A DNA stretch of 64,000 nucleotides from an uncultured Bacteroidales bacterium (GTDB taxonomy: Bacteria; Bacteroidota; Bacteroidia; Bacteroidales; VadinHA17): the NCBI GenBank assembly GCA_963829255.1, contig CAWHIG010000016.1:10145-74144 (forward strand). Reading direction: 5' to 3'. The notes under the pieces are model-generated. The model searched no databases. It was not told the origin of the DNA and saw only the letters and a program-made list of their open reading frames with translations. Both the position numbers and the translations under genes were made by a program. Positions 55,476 through 64,000 of the stretch are shown in pieces (the stretch's first letter is position 1; each line of letters begins with the position of its first letter).

Positions 55476-56255
55476 ATGACGAGAGATATTTTAAAGATTG
55501 ATGAAGATCTTTGTAACGGATGCGGTCAGTGTGTACCTAACTGTCATGAAGGAGCATTACAGGTAATTGATGGCAAAGTAAGACTGGTAAGTGAACTTAT
55601 GTGTGACGGACTTGGCGCCTGTATAGGACACTGTCCTGAAGGAGCTATTACTATTGAGACCAGAGAGGCTGAACCTTACAGTGAAACAAAAGTAATGGAA
55701 CAAATGATAGTTAAGGGAAAGAATACGATCACAGCGCATCTCAGGCATCTTAAAGACCATGGTGAAACAGGATCTCCTGCAATTCATGATCATGAAGGAG
55801 GTTGTCCTGGTTCAAGGGCTATCACTATTGAAAAACCAGGCAGAAATGAAAATGTTCCTCTTCCTGAACAACCCTCAGAACTCAGACAATGGCCAGTACA
55901 AATGCATCTTGTTAATTCGAATGCGCCATATTTCAGGAGCGCCGATCTCCTTTTGGCCGCCGATTGTGTGGCATTCTCTATGGGAGGCTTTCATAGTAAT
56001 CATTTGAAAGGTAAATCTCTGGCGATCGCTTGTCCTAAACTAGACCAGGGAACAGATTCGTATATTGAAAAACTGACTGCTATGATTGACATTGCAAAAG
56101 TGAATACAATAACTGTTATGATGATGGAGGTTCCCTGCTGCGGTGGCTTATTGCAGATGGTAAGAACAGCCCAGGGAAATGCTTCCAGAAAAGTACCGGT
56201 AAAGAAAATGATTGTTGGTATCACCGGAGAAGTGCTCCAGGAAGAGTGGGTGTGA
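55476..56255 (+). CDS. 4Fe-4S dicluster ferredoxin-domain protein with Cys-rich C-terminal domain
   Basis: The ORF runs 55413..56255. The likely start is the ATG at 55476 (MTRDILKIDEDLCNGCGQCVPNCHEGA ... CDGLGACIGHCPEGA). The C-terminal domain carries AADCVAF, ACPKLD and EVPCCGG. Confidence 0.75.
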   Translation: MTRDILKIDEDLCNGCGQCVPNCHEGALQVIDGKVRLVSELMCDGLGACIGHCPEGAITIETREAEPYSETKVMEQMIVKGKNTITAHLRHLKDHGETGSPAIHDHEGGCPGSRAITIEKPGRNENVPLPEQPSELRQWPVQMHLVNSNAPYFRSADLLLAADCVAFSMGGFHSNHLKGKSLAIACPKLDQGTDSYIEKLTAMIDIAKVNTITVMMMEVPCCGGLLQMVRTAQGNASRKVPVKKMIVGITGEVLQEEWV

Positions 56256-56296
56256 TGTAGTAATTTGAGTATGTGCATGTTATATCGTTCAAAAAA

Positions 56297-56310
56297 ATGA
56301 TAAATATCAT
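56297..56310. promoter_or_regulatory. Palindrome ATGATAAATATCAT (FNR-box-like TGAT-N4-ATCA core) upstream of the activase-like gene
   Basis: The sequence is self-complementary and lies 105 nt upstream of the ATG at 56416. The context is AT-rich, so a chance occurrence is plausible. Confidence 0.3.
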
Positions 56311-56415
56311 AAAAAGTATTATTTAGATTGATTCTTAAAATGGGAATTAATATATTTGAACGCATTAGATTCCACCCTAAAAGATTTGCTGTATACCTGA
56401 TCAATTCATCTTTTT

Positions 56416-59400
56416 ATGGTACCTGAATATTCTCTCTCCGGATTACCTGATTCCAAATATTTTCTTGGTATTGACATTGGCTCAGTCTCTATTAACACAG
56501 CTGTAATCGACGAGAACAATAATATCCTGGAAGAATATTATGATTATGTGCATGGAAGGCCTTTTAATGTTTTGAAAGATAGATTATCTTCTGTCCTTGA
56601 AAAACATCCTGCTGAAACGATCAGGGGAATTGCAATTACCGGTTCAGGCGGAAAGCTTGCCACAGAGTTGATAGGAGGGGTTTTTGTAAATGAGATTATT
56701 GCACAGGCGACTTCAACCGGAATACTATATCCCGAAGCCAGGACAGTAATCGAAATAGGTGGAGAAGATTCTAAACTTATTATTCTGGAGAAGGACCCTG
56801 AAAACGGACACTCCAGACTGGTTGATTTTGAAATGAACAGTATTTGTGCCGCAGGAACTGGTTCATTTCTCGACCAACAGGCAAGAAGGATTGGCGTACC
56901 AATTGAGAACGAATTTGGTATCATGGCGCTCAGATCGGTTGATCCTCCAAGGATAGCTGGTCGTTGCAGTGTTTTTGCAAAAAGCGATATGATCCATCAT
57001 CAACAGATAGCAACACCCCTGCATGATATAGTAGCCGGATTATGCTTTGCATTAGCCAGAAATTTTCGGAGCAATGTTGCAAGAAGTAAAGAGATCATAA
57101 AACCAGTCGTTTTTTCAGGAGGAGTTGCAGCAAATATAGGAATGGTAAGGGCTTTCAGGGAGACATTAAACCTCGCTGAAGGTGAACTTATTATACCGGC
57201 TCATCATGCTGCCATGGGGGCAATCGGCGCTGTATATTATGCCTGTGCAAATAAACTGGATATGAACCATTTCTCCGGTATTATCCAAACTTGAGGAATA
57301 TCTTGCGGGAACTACAACCGAATTTGTCAGCCTTCCTCCCCTTAAGGAATCTCTGGCAGAATATAGAAAAAAGGTTCATTTCATCAGAAACGGCGAAGAG
57401 AAAGTACGTGTCTACCTGGGACTGGATATCGGTTCTCTCAGTACAAATGTGGTATTGATTGATGAAAAGCATCGTGTAGTGGCAAGACGCTACCTGCCCA
57501 CGGCAGGGAAACCCCTGGAAGCAATCCAGAAAGGAATGACAGAAATATTCGACGAAGTTGGTGAAGAGGTCATCGTACTGGGAGCTGGTACTACAGGCTC
57601 GGGACGTTACCTTACCGGTGATTTTATTGGTGCCGACAATATCGTTAATGAAATTACAGCTCAGGCAACCGCTGCGATTGACTTCGATCCGACAGTTGAC
57701 ACAATTTTTGAAATCGGCGGACAGGATTCCAAATATATTAGCATAGAAAATGGTGTAGTAGTAGATTTTGAAATGAACAAAGTATGCGCTGCCGGTACAG
57801 GTTCATTTCTTGAAGAGCAGGCAGAAAAGCTGAATATCAATATTGTTGAGGAATTCGGATGCATGGCGCTGAATTCTGAATCACCGGTAAAACTGGGTGA
57901 CAGATGCACTGTATTTATGGAATCTGATCTGAACTCATTCATGCAAAAAGGGGCCAGAAACGAAAATCTGGTCGGTGGCCTCGCTTATTCAATCGTTTAT
58001 AATTACCTTCAAAAGGTAGTCGGTGACAGGCGGATAGGCAATAAGATTTTCTTTCAGGGTGGAGTTACAAACAATAAAGCAGTAGTTGCCGCATTCGAGC
58101 AGGTAGTAGGTAAGAGTATTATTATACCTCCTCATTTTGACGTCACCGGAGCTATAGGAGCTGCTATCCTGGCCAAAAGATCAATGGTTGAAGGTCAAAA
58201 AACCCGATTCAAAGGCTTTGATGTACGAAATGCTACTTACAAGGTCAGCAGATTTGTATGTCAGGGTTGTACTAACCATTGTGAGATCAGACGTGTAAAA
58301 ATAGCCGGAGAAAAGAAATCTCTTTATTATGGTGGCCGTTGCGAAAAGTATGAAACCGACGATAGAAAAAACATAATAAATAATATCCCAAATCTTTTCA
58401 CAAAAAGAACCGAAATGTTGATGGAAGGCTTTGTGGAAAAAGAATCATGGAAATCAACTTCGATTGGAATTCCAAGAGCTCTTATGGTGTTCTACCAGCA
58501 ATTTCCCTTCTGGAGGACATTTTTTGAACAACTTGGATTTACGGTGGTAATTTCAAAAGAATCGGATAAATCTCTGATGACAAAGTCCATTGAGACAATA
58601 ACAGCTGAGACTTGTCTTCCGGTAGAAATGATGCATGGTCATGTAATAGATCTTATAGAGAAGGGTGTCGACTTTATTTTTCTTCCTTTCATAGTTAATG
58701 GTAAACAAAAGGAAGGAAACAATACATTTAACTGTAACTGTCCCTGGGTGCAGACCTATCCTTTTATGATAAAAGCTGCCCTTCGGGGAAAAGTTGATGA
58801 ATCAAAACTCCTTATACCCACACTTCATTTCAGGTTCTTCGAAAGAGCTCTCATAAAGGAGATGACTGAATATTTCAATGAGAAATTCGGAATTGATAAA
58901 TCAGAAATCAGAAGAGCGGTAATCTTTGCTGATAAGGTACAGGTGTCATTCGAAAAACGACTTATTGATTACGGTAAAGAAGTCCTGAGTTCTATTCCTG
59001 AAAACTGCCGTCCGGTTGTGCTTTTGGGAAGACCTTATAACAGCACGGATCAGCATCTTAACCTGGGACTCATAGAAAAGCTAATAAACCAGAATGTTAT
59101 GCCGATACCTCTGGATATGCTTGATCTGTCGCCATATAATATTTTTACAAACTACCGCAATATGTACTGGCCTAACGGACAAAAACTTATTGCAGCAGCA
59201 CAGTTTGTTGCAAAAAATGAAAAGTTCCATGCAGTATATATCAGCAACTTCCGATGCGGACCCGACTCTTTTATCTGGCATTATGTTACAGAAGAGCTTA
59301 AAGGCAAGCCTTTTCTTCATCTCGAGATTGATGAGCATTCCGCCGATGCCGGAATGGTAACACGTATCGAAGCTTTTCTTGATAGTCTGAAAGGATCGGA

Positions 59401-60673
59401 GAAAAACGAAAAGAAGGAAGTGACAGTATTCCGCCCACGTCCAAGTCCCGCCTCACCCCAAAAAGACAGGGTTATGTATTTTCCGTATATGCATGATGGT
59501 GCCTATCTGATTGCTGCTGCTGCCCGAAGTTGCGGAATAGCCTCCGAAGTACTTCCAAAACAGACCGAAGAAGACCTTGCTATCGGAAGAAAATACACCT
59601 CATCAAAAGAGTGTTTTCCAATGATCTGTACAACCGGAAGTTTTCTCAGAAAACTTATGGAGCCAGGGGCCGATCCTTCAAAAATGAGTTTTTTTATGCC
59701 CGATCATAATGGTCCGTGCCGGTTTGGTCAGTATAACCAGTTTCAAAGGATTCTTTTTGACAGACTTGGGTTTCATAAGGCAGAACTTATAACCCCATCA
59801 AATGATACATCATACGAAGATGTTGCCGGGGAACATGGACAAAAATTCAGGATCAACGCGTGGAAAGGATTCGTAGTTGCCGATTACCTGCATAAAATTC
59901 ACAGGGAAACCCGGCCCTACGAATTAAACAAGGGAGATTCAGACAAACTCTATCAGGATTCATTATCCCGACTTGAAAGATGCATCGAAAATGGTTCAAG
60001 TGGCCTGCATAAAACTCTGGTAGGAATTGCTTTTGATTTTATGGCTATAAAGGTTGATAAAAGTGAAAGAAAACCAGTGGTTTCACTGGTGGGTGAAATA
60101 TTCATGCGCGACAATGCAGCCTGCAACGGTAATATCTCAAACCGGCTGGAAGATCTTGGCGTTGAAGTGGTTGTTGCTCCATTTTCTGAATGGATTTCAT
60201 ACTCTACTTATCGTTTCACCCGTGACAGCAGGTGGAAGAATGATAAAACAGGAATATTGAAATCAAGAATTCAGGCAATTGGGCAGGATGCAATTGCTGC
60301 CTCACTTCTCCGGGGTATTGAAAAATTTACAGATCACGAAAAAGATGTATCTCTTCACGATATGCTGAGTTTGTGCAATAAGTATGTGAATGAATTTTAT
60401 GACGGGGATCCGCCTGTGGCAATAGGTACATCTATGGCACTCACAAAGAGAGGGGTATCAGGTATTGCTGCCATTCTGCCATTTACATGCATGCCGGGAA
60501 CAGTTGTTGCTGCCGTCAGCGATACATTCAGAAAAGACCATAATAATATTCCATTTATTAATGTTGCTTATGATGGTCAGGATTCTGTATCACTCGATAC
60601 CAGGCTTCAGGCTTTTGTTTTCCAGGTTAAGGAGTTTACTTTGGCAAGGGCTAAAACACCGGTAGTCATTTAA
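56416..60673 (+). pseudogene. Large CoA-substrate-specific enzyme activase-like protein: two BcrAD/BadFG ATPase domains + dehydratase-like/DUF2229 region; split by one frame shift
   Basis: ORFs 56416..57294 and 57449..60673. The second frame is open back to 57266 and reads ...KLEEYLAGTTTEFVSLPPLKESLAEYRKKVHFIRNGEEKVRVYLGLDIGSLSTNVVLID, so one indel at 57266-57294 fuses them into about 1419 aa. The duplicated motifs are GIDIGSVS / GLDIGSLS, ICAAGTGSFL / VCAAGTGSFL and GRCSVFAKSD / DRCTVFMESD. Confidence 0.8.
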
Positions 60674-60712
60674 TGTTTTTGGCTAAACAAAGTTTGCATA
60701 GTGTTAAGATAT

Positions 60713-61843
60713 TCAACTTTTAAGTCTGAATCCAATATTCTCCAACATCTGTTTAACTTCTTTAGTCCCTCCTTTCAGGTCAACTGTATATGAGGAAAAC
60801 TCTCTCCTGATCCGATAATCGCCCCGAAGTTTTTCAAATTCGGTTGGAGAATGGATGAGATTTGCTTTATCTTCCTCAATATTATAAGTATGTAACACAG
60901 CTTCCCTTACTATTTCTTCTTCAGATTTACCCTTGCAATCAATTGATATATAAGGAGAAAAAGGAAGGGGAACATTCTCCGGATACCAGTTTTTTGGAGG
61001 AAGATTGAAAAATCTGCTTACTGCACTTACCACCATCGCGGTAGAATTGGCTTTACCATCCGTGGAGTATCCGGCAATATGAGGAGTTGCAATAAAAGCC
61101 ATTTGCATAAGTTCCACATCTATATCCGGTTCATTTTCCCATACATCCAATACTGCTCCGCCCACTTTACCTGAATAAAGTACTTTCTTAAGCGCAAACG
61201 TATCCGTCACCTCACCACGTGAAGTATTAACAAACCATGCTCCCCTTTTAATCTTTTTAAAACTTTCGTCATTAAAAAGATGATAGGTATAATCTTCCCC
61301 AACAACATTCAGAGGTACATGAACTGTGACTATATCAGATTGAGAGAGCACTGTCCTTAGGCTATGAAAGTTTTTTTTGCCCTCCAGCCTGGCCCTGGGA
61401 GGGTCGTTCAGAAGAATATTCATTCCTAATGCGCGGGCAAACTTCTCTACCTTTGAACCTACATTGCCAACACCAACGATTCCCAATGTTTTGTCCTTTA
61501 GTTTAAAGTTGTGTTCAGATGATATCCTTACCAGCGCTGCTGCTATATATTGCTGAACTGATGACGAGTTAGAACCCGGTGCATTTGTCCACAGGATATT
61601 CTTCCTATTGCAGTAATGTGTATCGATATGATCAAATCCTATTGTAGCCGTACCTATAAACCTGACGCTTGTCCCTTCCAGGAGATTTTCAGTACATTTT
61701 GTTCTTGTGCGTATCAGCAGGGCATCAGAATCCTTAAGTATTTCTTTGTCGATCTGTTTTCCAGGAATATAGACAACTTCTGCATGAGGTTCGAGTGCTC
61801 CCTTCAGAAAAGGAATTTTATCATCGGCAACAATCTTCATCAC
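60713..61843 (-). CDS. pdxB: 4-phosphoerythronate dehydrogenase
   Basis: 376-aa ORF. It has a D-2-hydroxyacid dehydrogenase fold (GIVGVGNVG) with the PdxB-type N-terminus MKIVADDKIPFLKGALEP and an extra C-terminal dimerisation domain. Confidence 0.8.
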   Translation of the reverse strand: MMKIVADDKIPFLKGALEPHAEVVYIPGKQIDKEILKDSDALLIRTRTKCTENLLEGTSVRFIGTATIGFDHIDTHYCNRKNILWTNAPGSNSSSVQQYIAAALVRISSEHNFKLKDKTLGIVGVGNVGSKVEKFARALGMNILLNDPPRARLEGKKNFHSLRTVLSQSDIVTVHVPLNVVGEDYTYHLFNDESFKKIKRGAWFVNTSRGEVTDTFALKKVLYSGKVGGAVLDVWENEPDIDVELMQMAFIATPHIAGYSTDGKANSTAMVVSAVSRFFNLPPKNWYPENVPLPFSPYISIDCKGKSEEEIVREAVLHTYNIEEDKANLIHSPTEFEKLRGDYRIRREFSSYTVDLKGGTKEVKQMLENIGFRLKS

Positions 61844-62090
61844 AACTGAATTTTTCTGAAAGTTAATACTTTTTAATGGAAGTCCTGAGTTCTGATTCCG
61901 AAGAAAGATTCACTGTAGTACCACGGAGTGATTAAAAAAAATCTTTAAACAATTTACTGTTTATACTTGTTAATACAAAAAACAGGATTGTTTAATCAAT
62001 TTACTTATTAACCTATCCGTAATAAACTCTTTATTCATTGATTAGTACTAATATGAGTTAACAGTCATTTATAATAAAAAACAACTACTT

Positions 62091-62988
62091 ATGAAATCAA
62101 TTCGCTACTCTCGTATTTCTGATTTTCGTTTCCAGCATTGGAATTAAAGCTCAAAAACCAATTCTGGTCTCGGAAGATAGTTTAAAAATTGGAAAGGATC
62201 GTCTGCCGGGACTTTCAGTTATTATTCCCGAAGTTGACTATGAAAAGACGCTGAAAATATGGATAAGGGAATTAGAATCAGGTACCAAATCGAAAATCGT
62301 TACGGAAAATAACGAAATGTCGATATTTGGAGCAAAAATAAAGGAAATCAGCCCTAATCCGGTAAATGTGTACAGTAAACTGACGAATCTTGACTCTGCG
62401 CTTCAGCTTAATGTGTCATTTGAAGTTAAGAAGGATCAGTATATAGAAAGAGCCTCAGGTGAGACGGATCTTATTAAGGCAAAGAACTATTTAAAGGAAT
62501 TTGCCAAAAATCAGTACATCGATCTTGCTAAAGATCAGGCAGATGCTGAAGACAAGAAGCTCCGGGATCTTCAAAAAGAACTTTCTTCTCTCGAAAAAGA
62601 AAAGTCCCGTCTTCAAAAGTCAATCCAATCTGAGAACACTTCTATCGTTACAGAAAAAGATAACATAGCAATACAGAACAATGAGCTGGCATCAGTATCA
62701 GCTGAACTAATTGAGCAGAATAAGCAGCTTGGTTCGATGGAAGAAGGTACGACGAAGAAGGAGAAAACTGATTATATTAATGGCCTTGAAAAAAGGAGGA
62801 AGAAAGTTCAGAGTTCTATCGAATCATCTGAAAACAGGATTAATAAAGCCAACAACGAAATTGACAAAGCCAACGCAGAAATACCCAGAAACGATAAAAT
62901 GCAGGAACAGGTAAATGAAAAAATCGAGAAACAACAGACTGTATATCAGATATTTGAAGATAAGATCAAGACGATAAAATCATATTGA
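62091..62988 (+). pseudogene. Secreted coiled-coil protein of unknown function; frame shift right after the start codon
   Basis: The frame of ORF 62317..62988 is open back to 62095 and encodes a signal-peptide-like NQFATLVFLIFVSSIGIKAQKP, but it has no start codon. The ATG at 62091 is one base out of frame (atgAAAtca). Removing one A gives MNQFATLVFLIF... Confidence 0.65.
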
Positions 62989-62991
62989 TTC

Positions 62992-63040
62992 GTAGGGACG
63001 TTGCATGTTATTGTAGGGACGTTGCATGCAACGTCCTTAC
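62992..63040. repeat. GTAGGGACGTTGCATGCAACGTCC palindromic element (one partial plus one full copy)
   Basis: gtagggacgttgcatg (62992-63007) and gtagggacgttgcatgcaacgtccttac (63013-63040). It lies between convergent genes. A related copy is at 41431-41454. Confidence 0.85.
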
Positions 63041-63051
63041 AAGACCCCATT

Positions 63052-63639
63052 CTATATTATAAATTTCTGCAGTTCTTTATAAAGTTTTTGTACCGGTAAT
63101 CCTACAACATTAAAATACGATCCGTCAATATGACTGCAGGCAATCAGACCAATCCACTCCTGGATTCCGTATGCTCCCGCTTTATCATATGGCTTAAACT
63201 TATCAATATAGTAAACGATTTCCTCCTCTGACAGCGTTTCAAAAGTGACTTTCGTTGAATCAGAAAATGTAATCTCTTTAGACATGGAAAATAGTGATAC
63301 CCCGGTAATTACTTCATGAGTGTTACCGGATATCTCAATAAGAATACGTTTTGCGTCTTCAAAATCAAGAGGTTTTCCAAGCACTTTATTGTTACACCAG
63401 ACAATTGTATCAGCTGCAATAACTATCTCATTATATGATATCTGGTTTTTAAAGGAGTTTGCCTTTTCATGCGCTACATAAGTTGCAATCTCTTCTCCGC
63501 TAAGGCCTTCCGGATAAGTTTCCTGGTATTCCTTAATTACTACATCAAATTTCAGACCCAGTTCCCTGAGCAGTTGCTGTCTCCGCGGTGAACGTGAAGC
63601 AAGAATTATCTTAAAGTTGTTGAGATTATCAATTCTCAT
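63052..63639 (-). CDS. maf: Maf-family nucleoside triphosphate pyrophosphatase
   Basis: 195-aa ORF with ILASRSPRRQQLL and AGAYGIQ motifs. Confidence 0.9.
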   Translation of the reverse strand: MRIDNLNNFKIILASRSPRRQQLLRELGLKFDVVIKEYQETYPEGLSGEEIATYVAHEKANSFKNQISYNEIVIAADTIVWCNNKVLGKPLDFEDAKRILIEISGNTHEVITGVSLFSMSKEITFSDSTKVTFETLSEEEIVYYIDKFKPYDKAGAYGIQEWIGLIACSHIDGSYFNVVGLPVQKLYKELQKFII

Positions 63640-64000
63640 CAGATGAGGTTCCAGGTGAGTATTACTTTTACTACAACAGAGTAAAGTATACCGGTTAACA
63701 TTACTATTTTCATTATGCTGCTGGCACTGTGAAGTTGTACTCTGTCACTGCTGATGACCAGTTTATAAATGACGTACAATAGAGGCAATACTACTGCAAC
63801 AGATATGTAACTAAGTGTAATTATATCATTAATAAAAAAGTACCATGCAAGATAAAGCAAAGCAATAGTAAATATTATGAGACAAACCGAGACAATTTTT
63901 GCTGAAAGGACTCCAATAACGACAGGAACTGTATTCCTTCCATAGGCTTTATCTCCCTCAAAGTCTTCGATGTCTTTAATTATTTCACGTGTAAGATTAG
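63639..64000 (-). CDS. UbiA-family prenyltransferase, 3' part (gene continues past the window end)
   Basis: Own translation upstream of ORF 63639..63860 stays open to the window edge: NLTREIIKDIEDFEGDKAYGRNTVPVVIGVLSAKIV... This is the second Asp-rich motif of UbiA enzymes, followed by TM helices. Confidence 0.75.
   Translation of the reverse strand, partial: NLTREIIKDIEDFEGDKAYGRNTVPVVIGVLSAKIVSVCLIIFTIALLYLAWYFFINDIITLSYISVAVVLPLLYVIYKLVISSDRVQLHSASSIMKIVMLTGILYSVVVKVILTWNLI

Noticed and set aside
1-64000. rRNA, tRNA, tmRNA or other classical RNA genes
   Set aside because: I scanned the larger non-coding gaps by eye (6575-6855, 21700-22071, 32520-33020, 36322-36614, 42341-42711, 49416-49894, 61844-62090). 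I saw no cloverleaf-compatible or rRNA-like sequence. A tRNAscan or Infernal run would be needed to be certain.

Overview
64 kb of chromosomal DNA from an anaerobic Bacteroidota-type bacterium. The taxon is inferred from a TonB-dependent receptor plus DUF4249 pair, many lipoprotein signal peptides, Tat-signal Gfo/Idh/MocA plus DUF1080 pairs, and palindromic intergenic elements of the kind seen in Bacteroidota. I found no rRNA, tRNA, CRISPR, transposase or integrase. The most interesting region is 1-10324, an [FeFe]-hydrogenase locus. A minus-strand operon encodes hydC, hydB, hydA, an H-cluster-domain/histidine-kinase fusion and a response regulator. It diverges from a plus-strand unit encoding a small 2Fe-2S protein, an H-cluster-domain/PAS protein and a PP2C phosphatase. 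All three H-cluster domains keep the cluster-ligating cysteines. Each has a different non-Cys residue (Ala, Asp, Asn) at the canonical proton-relay position, and this includes the HydA-like subunit coupled to the NuoEF-like module. The rest of the window is mostly metabolism and envelope genes:
- a LarA homolog, glycerate kinase, a Gate-domain transporter and KDPG aldolase
- a ROK kinase and malic enzyme
- a HEAT/DUF1080 protein with Gfo/Idh/MocA oxidoreductases
- an NfeD-SPFH pair
- a glycyl-radical enzyme with its activase
- a tandemly duplicated TonB receptor/DUF4249 pair whose second copy is badly frame-disrupted
- Dcp peptidase and a 7TMR-DISM histidine kinase
- a Crp/Fnr regulator divergent from an Fe-S protein and a roughly 1419-aa double-ATPase CoA-enzyme activase-like protein
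- PdxB, Maf and a partial UbiA prenyltransferase.
Two window-wide patterns stand out. First, almost every intergenic region holds short (6-10 nt) tandem oligomer arrays and/or members of a few palindromic repeat families. Second, at least 13 genes are split by single-base frame shifts, several of which sit in homopolymer runs. This looks more like consensus indel error than decay, but it cannot be settled from the sequence alone.
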